Source: an uncultured Pseudomonadales bacterium
GTDB lineage: Bacteria; Patescibacteriota; Microgenomatia; UBA1400; PJMF01
Direction: 5' to 3'
Length of the DNA stretch: 64,000 nt
Assembly (NCBI GenBank): GCA_964457085.1
Contig: CAYWDM010000005.1
Location: forward strand, 12,065-76,064
Made by a program: the position numbers and the translations under genes. Below are positions 45,788 to 55,277 of the stretch, in pieces; position 1 is the stretch's first letter; each line of letters starts with the position of its first letter. Below the pieces are notes generated by a model that was not told the DNA's origin, did not search any database, and saw only the letters and a program-made list of their open reading frames with translations.

Positions 45788-48700
45788 AGCAACTGGTTAC
45801 ATTAGCTTTATACTCGTCTGGAACAGTAATTGGTTTGATACATTCATCTGAAGGCGGCACGATAGAGGCTAACTCTGAAGGTGGGCCAGCTCTAAAAAAC
45901 GCACCATTTCTAGCTATTTCATAATGTAGATGAGAGCCACTTGAGTTTCCGGTATTGCCCATCAATCCAATTACTTCACCAGCATCAACTTCTTTACAAC
46001 CATTCACATACGTTTCTGAAAAGTGACAAAACAAGAACGAGCCTTCAGCAGATTGAAGCGTTAAGTGGTTCCCACAGCCCGAATCGATATTTGCCTTACA
46101 AAGTGTGCCTGGAAATGGTGCATAGACTGGTGTTCCTTGAGGGGCGGCAATATCAAAGGCATCCATTCTCCCATGCGAATAACTGCCAAATGGAGCTTGC
46201 GAGACCACTCCTGTTGTCGGCCAACAGCCAGCTGTCATTGAGCAGTCGCCAATACAAAAACTCTTGCCCGTCATTACGTTGTCATTTCCTTCACTAGTGG
46301 CATTTTTCCAATAGAATATTGCTTCAAAAGTGTTGGTAATCTGTGAATGATTATATGAAGAATCGAATTCCTCTTCATAAGTCAAAGTGAGCGAGCTACC
46401 CGTGCACACTGTATTAGCCGGATTGGTTAAGTCGGTGCTGAGAGGTGGAACAAAATCTTCTAGATGTTTTTCTTTATCTGGTTTGGTGGGAACTGGTCTG
46501 CCGAGCTCCTCATATTTTTTCTTGCTATAGCGAGTTTTAATGATGTCGTTGATTTCGGTGATGGTAATGCAAGTACCGACTCCAGTTGGGGTAATGGTGA
46601 TGGTGTAGGTAACCTTTTGTGTGCCAGAGGTGATTTCAGGGCATTTGTCGTCAAGACAGCCAGTATCGATGGTTTTTGTGAGTGAAGCATAATCGGAGAG
46701 CTTTTCATCTGGGTCACTGGCATTAGTTTGATTTGATGGAAAGTCAGCTAATAGAGCAGCAGTAAAGGCACCATTTGTTATCATCACTGAGGCAACCATA
46801 CCGATGGCTGTGCCTGCAACTGCTTGGGTGGCTGTCGCCACCATGCCTGTACTAATTCCTGTTGCTGCGGTAGCGGTGGTAGTCGTAGCCGCAGCCGTTG
46901 AGGTGGCGGTTGCTGCGTGTGTGGGGCTGACCAGTGAGGGGAGAAAAGAATTGCCAGCTATGCCTGGAGTAGCTGCTGACGACATAGTTGTACTAGCAGT
47001 GCCTCCGAATGTGTTGCTCAGTGAGTTGGAGATAGTGCCTGCATGTTGAGTAAGCCAACCAACTCCAGTACCAACGGCCGCACCAACTCCAGTTCCAATT
47101 ACTGCACCGATTGGACCACCAACGATGAATCCAGTCACTCCACCTATTAATGCACCTGTGGCAGTAAAGGCGGGCATGATCACATTGCCCCAAAGTGCGG
47201 CCATGATCAAGCCACCAGCTGCTAATCCAGCACCGACATATTTGATAGTTTTACCAATTGCATCTTGAACGTCTGCTGGCAAAGCACCGACAGCTGCTCC
47301 AAGTCCCGGCATTCCTAGGGCAGCTCCAGCCAGGGCAGCTGAACCTTTTGCAATTGTTTTATCAAAGGCTTTTTCTAGATTCTTGTTTGCTGTTTTGGCA
47401 ACCGTTTTCCCAGCTTGATTGGCTGCACGCTTGGCAGCTCGTTTTCCAGCACCACCTGCACTACGAGCAATGGCTTTCTTTGCAGCATTGCTGGCGTCAC
47501 CAATCTGGCCAGTTGCTTGTACAGCATCAGCTACTACGCCACTTTTTCCTGCCATACGACGTCGCAGTGAGGCAAGTGGACTTAGGCCTGTGTCAACTGA
47601 ATCAAAAGCGGAGCTATATTCATCAAAAGTCAGATGTCGGCCATTGATGCCATTTTGAGCCATCACTATTTGAGCCTCGCCAACGTCACCCAGACAGAAG
47701 TTGGGTGGGATGTGTCCGCTTTGTAGTAGACGCTGAATCTCATCAGCCTCGTACTGGTTTTGATAGTAGTGCTCGTAAATAGCGATCTGTTCTTGTAACT
47801 TGAGTGACCGCCAAATCTCTTGATTATAGATATCTAACTTCAGCTTTTTGATATAAATGTTCTCGGTTGTTGATGCATTCTTTGGATTTTTGGTGTCATC
47901 ACCAACACCGGTACCGGCAGCAATTACATGGTCGCGGGCATATCCACCGTTGCTACCAGCTGAGGAAATAATGTTTTTAACTGGCTGAACATGTTTTTTA
48001 TCAAATTCTTCTTTGGTTGTTTTTTTTAATTCGTCTCTATCAGCTGGATTAACGCCATACTGGCCATATTCAAGTTTTGCTCCACCCGTAATGTATTCGT
48101 GTCGCCGCAGGTGCCAATAAATGGTAAGCACCCCTTTAAATTCTTTGAATTCGTCTGGGGTTAGTGAGGTATTGAAAATTTGATTAAATTGGTCGGTGCT
48201 GAGAATATCTAGGAATGCTGGCTGTTTGCCGTTAGCAGTGAGTGCATCAATTCGTTCGGTAATTCCATGCACCTGCATGCTTAAATTACCGCTATCAAAA
48301 TATGCAAGCGAATCGCATGCTTCGAGCAGAGCCGATTGCGAGTCACCACCTGCAAACGCTAGATCCGGTCTGACTCCAAAAATGGGATTATTGATGACAT
48401 CATTACTAAACTCAGCCATGTCTGAGTCACTGTTTTTAGCACCCTCAAGTTTTTTGTGTAAAGCTAACAGTGCGGTACGGTCACCTTTACTTTTAAGTTC
48501 TCTATACGCAGACTCAACCGCACTACTGAGTGCGGGGGAGAAACGAGGGTCGCTGTATAGGCCAATTCTAAAATCACTGAGAATTTGTAAACGGAGCCCT
48601 GGGTTGGCATATAAATCTCCCAATCCCTCCATTCCAACTCGCTCAATCACTCTCTTTTCAACATTAAATCTAACTACATCGTGCAACTCTTGTCGTAATA

Positions 48701-49535
48701 TCTCGATTGGAATGCCACTTTTATTCGCGAGGCCAACCAAAAAAGCATTAGTAATACGCTCAGACTCTAAACCAAGAGTGCGAATACTCTCAAAATTTTG
48801 TCTGACACTACGTTCCTGAGGTACTGGTTGAGTTTGTTGTTGATATTGTGTTTGTTCCTGGTCGTTGCTGCCCTCCTCACCACCATGGGCTTCTGTCTCA
48901 ACTGGTTGACTACCTCTGGGAACCTCTGAATCGACTGGGGCAATAAATGCTTCTCCGCGATCATCAGCAAGATCTAGTTGTAGTTCTTTGAGTGCTTCAG
49001 GATCTTCATTAAGTTCTCGTGCTACTTCAATTGCAACCTCGATATATGTCTCAAGTCGCTCTCTGAGTTCTCTATAATGTCCTTGACGATATTCAAGTAA
49101 AAACTCTTCTTGGCCGATGGTGATTAACTCTCTGGTTGCTTGAAACCTGATATGGGTAAAAAGGTCATTTTCAGCGGCAATTAATTTTCCAACTTTTGAA
49201 CCAGCTTCAGAATCAACATTGGCTTTTGAAAGTTGTTCGCCATCAAAGATGAGCTTGGCATGAATTTCATCTATGAGCTTGAAGATGTCTCCAATATAGA
49301 GATATCTTTCACGTTCAGTTTCACTACGATGCTGTCTAATTGCTAACGGCCATTGTTTGGGAGCTGCTTGAGGAAAATCTAAAGTTGGTACAAAAATTTG
49401 CTCTGGAGGTTCGTCTGGAGGCAGTATTTCGCTAACAAAAATTGTGGCATTTAAATCCGACAGGAACCGAACAATTTCTGAGTACGTAGCTCGCTCACCC
49501 AATCGCTTGAGGGTATGTGTCCCCGGTTCAACCAT
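45753..49535 (-). CDS. Giant membrane protein with glycine-zipper region and C-terminal M23 metallopeptidase
   Basis: C-terminal 'WPTTG..SQ....SH....AFDIAAPQGTPVYAPF.G...GN.....CHF...GEVIGLMGNTGNSSGSHLHYE'; Gly/Ala hydrophobic helices mid-protein. Confidence 0.85.
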   Translation of the reverse strand: MVEPGTHTLKRLGERATYSEIVRFLSDLNATIFVSEILPPDEPPEQIFVPTLDFPQAAPKQWPLAIRQHRSETERERYLYIGDIFKLIDEIHAKLIFDGEQLSKANVDSEAGSKVGKLIAAENDLFTHIRFQATRELITIGQEEFLLEYRQGHYRELRERLETYIEVAIEVARELNEDPEALKELQLDLADDRGEAFIAPVDSEVPRGSQPVETEAHGGEEGSNDQEQTQYQQQTQPVPQERSVRQNFESIRTLGLESERITNAFLVGLANKSGIPIEILRQELHDVVRFNVEKRVIERVGMEGLGDLYANPGLRLQILSDFRIGLYSDPRFSPALSSAVESAYRELKSKGDRTALLALHKKLEGAKNSDSDMAEFSNDVINNPIFGVRPDLAFAGGDSQSALLEACDSLAYFDSGNLSMQVHGITERIDALTANGKQPAFLDILSTDQFNQIFNTSLTPDEFKEFKGVLTIYWHLRRHEYITGGAKLEYGQYGVNPADRDELKKTTKEEFDKKHVQPVKNIISSAGSNGGYARDHVIAAGTGVGDDTKNPKNASTTENIYIKKLKLDIYNQEIWRSLKLQEQIAIYEHYYQNQYEADEIQRLLQSGHIPPNFCLGDVGEAQIVMAQNGINGRHLTFDEYSSAFDSVDTGLSPLASLRRRMAGKSGVVADAVQATGQIGDASNAAKKAIARSAGGAGKRAAKRAANQAGKTVAKTANKNLEKAFDKTIAKGSAALAGAALGMPGLGAAVGALPADVQDAIGKTIKYVGAGLAAGGLIMAALWGNVIMPAFTATGALIGGVTGFIVGGPIGAVIGTGVGAAVGTGVGWLTQHAGTISNSLSNTFGGTASTTMSSAATPGIAGNSFLPSLVSPTHAATATSTAAATTTTATAATGISTGMVATATQAVAGTAIGMVASVMITNGAFTAALLADFPSNQTNASDPDEKLSDYASLTKTIDTGCLDDKCPEITSGTQKVTYTITITPTGVGTCITITEINDIIKTRYSKKKYEELGRPVPTKPDKEKHLEDFVPPLSTDLTNPANTVCTGSSLTLTYEEEFDSSYNHSQITNTFEAIFYWKNATSEGNDNVMTGKSFCIGDCSMTAGCWPTTGVVSQAPFGSYSHGRMDAFDIAAPQGTPVYAPFPGTLCKANIDSGCGNHLTLQSAEGSFLFCHFSETYVNGCKEVDAGEVIGLMGNTGNSSGSHLHYEIARNGAFFRAGPPSELASIVPPSDECIKPITVPDEYKANVTSCYDKEPPACSNN

Positions 49536-49565
49536 ATTTTTTCATTATACCTGGAATCAACCCTC

Positions 49566-51383
49566 TCATACAAATGATGCAATGAAATTGCCTACCGACA
49601 CTGTTTGAGGTTTTGCAACGGGAAGTTCTTTTCGAGATGTACTCTCAGCATTTGCTGTTTTTTTATGTTTTCCAGATGAATCAACATCAGGTATTATTTG
49701 CTCTCCAGAGCTTTCAAGTTCGCATTTTAAACACAACCCACACTCTCCAACCCACATATCGTTTCCTTTACAACCAATACAGGTACTATGCTCCTGCCAT
49801 TTAATTGCTCTACCTTCACCAATTACTGCTGCGATATCTGATCGCGATAACGAGCCACCTCCTTGTAGGGTAAGACTATTAAACAGTTTTGCAGCACCAA
49901 AACCATTAATCGTACCAACTGAAACGCATTCTAGCAGTGAAGTATCAATCGATTTAATTGCCGCAGAAAAATTAAATACGTTGGCTGCTGTGCGAGAAAA
50001 AACCTCCTCGCTTTGATGGGCATGCTGATGATATAAGGCAAGTAGCTCTGGTAGTTGTGATCCACTCAGTTGTTCTTTGCTTAAAATTCCCGCAAGCACA
50101 ATTCTTTTGAGAAATAAACTGAGTTTGGTGACATCTGTTTCTCTGAGAGTTTTCTCATTAAACTCTTTTTGTAGTAACTCGATGACCAGTTTCGCATACC
50201 ATTCAATTGAACTATCCATTGAACTGAGCTGTTGTTTTTTCCACCATTCTTTCAGCCGCATCAAAGGACTTTGTTTGATAGCAATTCGATCAAAAACCAC
50301 TCTAGCCGGCTGTGTTTGCCACTCGTCTAGAGTCATCACTTGACTCATTATGTACTTTTCTGTGGTTTTAATTTCAGTTTCAGATAACTGCCGTTTTTTG
50401 ACAATTTGGCGTATGTTTTCTGGAATACTGCTACCTAATTTCTCCAAAACCTCCAAGTGGTCATGCCAGTGTGCTGCATAAAAACATTGGTCATGTAACA
50501 ACACCAATCGATTAATGCTGGGAATGAAGACTGGTTGTGTGACAACCAGCACACTCATATTTCCCTTGTGAATTTCAGATTGAGGCATTAAATATGCGAT
50601 TTTTTTACCCGCATAACAAGGCAAGTCGTGTGCTGGAAGTTCTAGTTTGCGAGCAGCTTCTACAGAAATGAGATTGTCTGCTGGTTTCCAACCAAATGCC
50701 GTATACACTTCTTGAGCACTGGGCCGCTGTGTGTCGACAGCCTCGACAATTGCATTTATGAGAGCATGGGGTGGCTGACCAGTAGTTAACAAAACACCCA
50801 GTTTTTCTATTAATGCGACAATTTGTTGGTGCTCAAGTTCAAAACGTCTTTTTTCCGCAGTTTCAGTCACACTAGTAATTGCGGTTCGACAAACCTCTTC
50901 AACATCCGGCCTCATTTGGTATATGTCATCATGCAGTTTGATTTCGCCGGTTTGTTTGAGGGAAATCGAGTACCCCAACGAGGTGTAGGGAGAAAACAAG
51001 CTTTCAGACAAGATTGCTCTGAAGTAGTACTGCAGTAATTTTTCTTGAGCACTTCTAGAGTGCAGCGGTACGACCTCACGAAGCAAAAAGTTAATGATCA
51101 TCACCAATCGATCGTTATTGTGGGGAATTTGTTGTACTTCTGCGTTTTTAGTGAGCTCAGGAGCAGATGAGTCTGGCATGGCCTCAGTGGCACCAATTGT
51201 CCCAGCCGGAGTCATCTCATGTCTATTCTTTGTCGGAATCGTGTCTGGTGGGGGAAGGAGAGGTGTTTGATGCGGTTTGGATTCAGCAACTTGAGTTTGT
51301 GCTAGATAGGCAGACAACCAGATGAGTATGGGACTAACTTCACTGTGGGAGGCAATGGCAGTTGCTTGTTGTTCAGCAGACAT
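49566..51383 (-). CDS. Hypothetical 605-aa protein with C-terminal Cys cluster (putative zinc ribbon)
   Basis: Long ORF; 'CIGC....WVGECGLCLKC'; AGGA upstream of the ATG; no signal peptide seen. Confidence 0.75.
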   Translation of the reverse strand: MSAEQQATAIASHSEVSPILIWLSAYLAQTQVAESKPHQTPLLPPPDTIPTKNRHEMTPAGTIGATEAMPDSSAPELTKNAEVQQIPHNNDRLVMIINFLLREVVPLHSRSAQEKLLQYYFRAILSESLFSPYTSLGYSISLKQTGEIKLHDDIYQMRPDVEEVCRTAITSVTETAEKRRFELEHQQIVALIEKLGVLLTTGQPPHALINAIVEAVDTQRPSAQEVYTAFGWKPADNLISVEAARKLELPAHDLPCYAGKKIAYLMPQSEIHKGNMSVLVVTQPVFIPSINRLVLLHDQCFYAAHWHDHLEVLEKLGSSIPENIRQIVKKRQLSETEIKTTEKYIMSQVMTLDEWQTQPARVVFDRIAIKQSPLMRLKEWWKKQQLSSMDSSIEWYAKLVIELLQKEFNEKTLRETDVTKLSLFLKRIVLAGILSKEQLSGSQLPELLALYHQHAHQSEEVFSRTAANVFNFSAAIKSIDTSLLECVSVGTINGFGAAKLFNSLTLQGGGSLSRSDIAAVIGEGRAIKWQEHSTCIGCKGNDMWVGECGLCLKCELESSGEQIIPDVDSSGKHKKTANAESTSRKELPVAKPQTVSVGNFIASFV

Positions 51384-51485
51384 CTTGCGTCCTGCGTAGT
51401 GAGCAGAAGCGCGTGCTGGCTGTATCCAAAAAAGATGGAGAGTTTGGTATGTCGATGCTCGTCATGATATATAGTCAAACTCGTA

Positions 51486-51566
51486 TCGGACTTTCCTGAA
51501 TCTTTGCTATATTGCCAGATTCAGTTTACCGTTGCGGCACAGTCCCTGAATTACACAGGGTTCCGA
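51486..51566 (-). ncRNA. Cobalamin-riboswitch-like aptamer (short, four-way junction)
   Basis: Minus strand: TCGGA-A-CCCTG-TGTAATT-CAGGG-ACTGT-GCCGCA-ACGGT-AAA-CTGAATCT-N13-AGATTCAG-GAAAG-TCCGA. Four helices pair, and the core resembles the B12 consensus GGAA..GTG.AA.TC...ACTG..CCGCAAC.GTAA...AAG.CCG. TATACT -10 box at 51580-51585. Confidence 0.65.
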
Positions 51567-51699
51567 GATTGCTCGTTGCAGTATAGTTTGATTTGTTGAC
51601 TGACACAAGCAATGACAGTTACATATTTGAAGAAGTTTGCATGCTGACACTTGGCTTCATTAGCTTCAATTCCCAGAGGTTTAATGATAAAATACCGTG

Positions 51700-54600
51700 A
51701 TGTCTGAAATCAGAGGACCAGATCAGCTTGAAGCCGCGATTCGTTTTTCAGTCAGGAAAATTGAACAAAAATTTGGCGGCATGGGCGCAATCAGCGTTGA
51801 GATTGCTGACGTGGCAGGATTAACTGCCCAAATCGAAGAGATCAAAACTTCAATACGTGAAGCAGTGGCAGTTTTACAGGAGTTAGAAAATCAAAACACA
51901 GATGGTAGTCAGACTGAGTTAATTCTTGATTTAGGACAGCAGCTATATAACTTGCGTTTAAGCACAGTACACTTTTTTCTATCCGCATTAGAAAGTGAAG
52001 TCCAGCTAGGAAGCACCCCCCCTGAATTTGGCGATGCGATTGCCGTTGTTCGCGATCATTTGTTGCTAGATAAGACATTTATGAACTCTGCTGACAGGGC
52101 TCAGTTTGCAGGAAGAGTTCAAGCACTCAATGGAGTATTGAGACCGGAAGCTCCGCAACCTGTAGTACAAGCTAAAGAAAGCAAAGTGCCTGCTGAAGTT
52201 GCCCTGGCAATTGATGATTTTAACTCAGCACTGAACACACTTGATGCAGCCGCAAATGACGCTACTTTTTCACCTCAAACAGCATACTTAGCAGCTCCAA
52301 ATGCTTACGCTTTTTTGGTAAACCAACAGCAAACACTTGATGCGGAAATTGAAGATTGGATGGAAAATTTTGCTAGTAACAGCAATCATGAACTTGAGGA
52401 AACTAGAGCACACAAAAAAGTTGAAGCATTTGCGGCCAGACGGATTGCCCTTAACGAGAAATTACTGAAAAAAGATCCAAAATATATCGCCCTCAGAACC
52501 AGAGCGGACCAATTAATTGTAGATGTAGCTGGCGGAACGATTCACATTGATGGAACTCAGGATGTAAGTGCTTTTATTGGTGAGTTGAATATCTTAGTTA
52601 TCGATGCTCAGACAATTGCAGCAATAAACGCTGACGCAAAGTCGGTGTTGGTTAACCTCACCAAAGACGTCGCATTGCTAATTGATAAGCTGCAGTATGC
52701 TCAGTGGCTACGTGATTTGGAAACAACACATGCTGAGCTCCGAACCCTAGCTGCCAGAATTGGTAGTGTCGTCATTCCATTCATTGGTAATCCAACAGCA
52801 ACCAGAGATGGATTAAGAACTGAGCTGGCTGCCGCTAGAGCAGCAACTCAAGCGGTTGGATATGACCAACAGCGCACCAATCATTTAGACACAACATATT
52901 TTAAACCTGGAGACAACTTATTAGCCAAACTTGATAAAGCAGTTGTGGTGTATGAACAAGAACAGGCGATTGCTGCGTTTGACGCCAATGTTGCTCCACT
53001 CAGGGGAGCAATTGCAGCAGTTCCTCCAAGTCGAGGTGCGTTGAATAAAGTTCAAATTGAGGCCTTGTCTGCAACGTTGGAAACGACACACCATGCCGCA
53101 GAAATCGCTGGCCATCTTTCAAAAAAGCCAGATATGATTCCGCCCATATCATCAGCCATCGACGATATTCTTCGTCAGCTAATTGAGGCACGTTCCAGAC
53201 TCAAAAAATTCTTAGAGGAGGCTATAAAACCCAAAGAGGTCGCTGATCTAACCATTGAAGAACTCGCTAGAGAATTACTCGATTCTGATATTCCAATTGA
53301 AAACCGTGGTGACGCCCTGAAGTTCATGGGTCGTGAGCGGTTGTTGGCCCAAGCATATTACGAGCGAATTGGTTCAGTTGATCATCGCGATCCCACAAAA
53401 CTTGGAATCCTGCAATGGAAAGCAAGAATTGTCATGAATCGATTTGATGACGCAGTTACCTACGAAGAGGCTGCTTCAGGTGACGTGACTTCACTTGAAA
53501 AAAGAGGTGATAAGGCACAGGGTGGTTTGCTGACTTTAGTTATGCCTCGTGAGCAGATCATGGCAGCCACTACTGAGAATCCTAAATATGGGTGGCAGAT
53601 CAAATTTATTTTGCGTCACATAATTGAGACTGCAGCATTGAGATATAAGGGTCCTGGACAAGCAGAAAAACTAGTGCGTCGTAATGCCAAAAAAGTAGTT
53701 GTCCCAGATGGAGTTAATTTGCAAGCCGACGACATGATTATTGGCAAACTGCCCAATGGAGACAGACAGGTGTTAAGAGGAGGACAAGAGGTTGTTTTGG
53801 CAGCGAATGAAGCACCTTTGGCAGTTGCGCCAACTGCAGGTAGATATAAAGACCATGTGGTTCGTCGGGGTATGGAGGGTCGTTCATATGTTGATCTTTC
53901 AGGTCAGGGTGGTAGAAAATATCTCCTCGACGTGATGATTAATGAAGCAATTGCAACATTGCCACCTGGTATGGAAATCGACCCAGATGACTACGACTTT
54001 ATCAAAAACATCTGTCATAACGAATTTGTTGTCTTCGATATGCTTTCTATTTCACTGGCACAGGCTCAACAGCGAACACAAACACGCGCACATAACAATG
54101 AGTTGACTGACATTAATCGAATTGCGTTCCTTAACCCACTTGCTGACTCAGTTCACAGTACTTTCCGATACGACAACCCACATTATTTCGGCAACTGGAT
54201 TCTATTCTTATATCCAGAGTTGCCAGAAAACGGTTTTTTTGGAAAAGGAGGTAAGGCTGAAAAGACGAACGAGTTGAGAGATCTTGAGATACTCTTTCTC
54301 GAAACATTCTTTGACACCTCGCAGCTTACCGGTAAGTTACCACTACCTGGATTCTGTGAAGGTTTGTTCCCGAGTACGTATGACATGATCACCCTCAACC
54401 CTTCAAAGAAGGGTGCAAATGGTAGTGAATCTGTCCAATATGGCAATGACTTTTTTGATAAACAGGGAAATCCTGTTGGTAAACAAGATCAGGCAAGTTT
54501 TGTAAACTACTACACCGCTCAGGCAGGCTGGAAGACGTTTATTGAAAAGGTGTATCAAGAATTGGCCATGGTTAGTTATGACCAGATTGCTGAACAGTCA

Positions 54601-55158
54601 AAGGCTGGAGCTAAGGGTGGTTTCTTCCAGGAAATTATTTCTGTTGACTTGGGTAAAGCAAAAATGTTTGATGGACCTCATATGCATGAGGCTATGCCAC
54701 TACTGCTCACATTTTTGATTTATAGAATATTTAGTTCATATAAAGGCACTTCTCCTGATGCCAGAAAAGATTTGTTTGATAATGTAGTTAAGACTTTGCT
54801 TGAAAGTCGTAATGGTGGTGGATTGCAAGACTATAAGGATGAAATCAACCAAGTGTTACGAAGTATTAGTAAGCCTGGAAGTGGTGCTGGCGACAAATGG
54901 GAAATGGGCGAGTACCTCTTGCCTCAAGGATATGGATATCGATTTAAAGAGCGAGTTAGATATCTTGAAGCAATGTGGGAGGAGGAACATCCAGGTAAGA
55001 CATTCCCAGTTACTCTAAACATCACTCAGAGTAAGATACTTAGTTTCTCACCTTCACCTGAAGCTTTAGAGATTGTTGAGATGCTGAATAAAGAAAAACA
55101 ATTGAAAGCACCATTCAACCGTGGCGGACAAATGATTCAAGTAAAAGAAGAGAAGTAG
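51700..55158 (+). CDS. Large hypothetical protein (about 1150 aa, helical, no signal peptide)
   Basis: Uninterrupted ORF; TGaTAAAAT 6 nt above ATG 51700; no family recognised. Confidence 0.8.
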   Translation: MSEIRGPDQLEAAIRFSVRKIEQKFGGMGAISVEIADVAGLTAQIEEIKTSIREAVAVLQELENQNTDGSQTELILDLGQQLYNLRLSTVHFFLSALESEVQLGSTPPEFGDAIAVVRDHLLLDKTFMNSADRAQFAGRVQALNGVLRPEAPQPVVQAKESKVPAEVALAIDDFNSALNTLDAAANDATFSPQTAYLAAPNAYAFLVNQQQTLDAEIEDWMENFASNSNHELEETRAHKKVEAFAARRIALNEKLLKKDPKYIALRTRADQLIVDVAGGTIHIDGTQDVSAFIGELNILVIDAQTIAAINADAKSVLVNLTKDVALLIDKLQYAQWLRDLETTHAELRTLAARIGSVVIPFIGNPTATRDGLRTELAAARAATQAVGYDQQRTNHLDTTYFKPGDNLLAKLDKAVVVYEQEQAIAAFDANVAPLRGAIAAVPPSRGALNKVQIEALSATLETTHHAAEIAGHLSKKPDMIPPISSAIDDILRQLIEARSRLKKFLEEAIKPKEVADLTIEELARELLDSDIPIENRGDALKFMGRERLLAQAYYERIGSVDHRDPTKLGILQWKARIVMNRFDDAVTYEEAASGDVTSLEKRGDKAQGGLLTLVMPREQIMAATTENPKYGWQIKFILRHIIETAALRYKGPGQAEKLVRRNAKKVVVPDGVNLQADDMIIGKLPNGDRQVLRGGQEVVLAANEAPLAVAPTAGRYKDHVVRRGMEGRSYVDLSGQGGRKYLLDVMINEAIATLPPGMEIDPDDYDFIKNICHNEFVVFDMLSISLAQAQQRTQTRAHNNELTDINRIAFLNPLADSVHSTFRYDNPHYFGNWILFLYPELPENGFFGKGGKAEKTNELRDLEILFLETFFDTSQLTGKLPLPGFCEGLFPSTYDMITLNPSKKGANGSESVQYGNDFFDKQGNPVGKQDQASFVNYYTAQAGWKTFIEKVYQELAMVSYDQIAEQSKAGAKGGFFQEIISVDLGKAKMFDGPHMHEAMPLLLTFLIYRIFSSYKGTSPDARKDLFDNVVKTLLESRNGGGLQDYKDEINQVLRSISKPGSGAGDKWEMGEYLLPQGYGYRFKERVRYLEAMWEEEHPGKTFPVTLNITQSKILSFSPSPEALEIVEMLNKEKQLKAPFNRGGQMIQVKEEK

Positions 55159-55277
55159 AAGTTAGTGGCTACTGGTAACTTTCACAGTTTCTGTTTCAGT
55201 TGTGGATCCAAAAAACCAATCCAATTGAGAATAATTCACAATAATTAAGAACGGTAACGCTTCTTGAATCCTGAATG

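Noticed and set aside
46804-48819. Several + strand ORFs up to 207 aa inside the M23 gene
   Set aside because: Antisense shadows of Ala/Gly/Thr-rich coding sequence with no recognisable motifs.
51486-51566. tRNA or simple terminator reading of the structured intergenic element
   Set aside because: No T-arm GTTC motif, 7-bp acceptor stem or anticodon arm geometry; the multi-helix junction and core sequence fit a cobalamin-type aptamer better.
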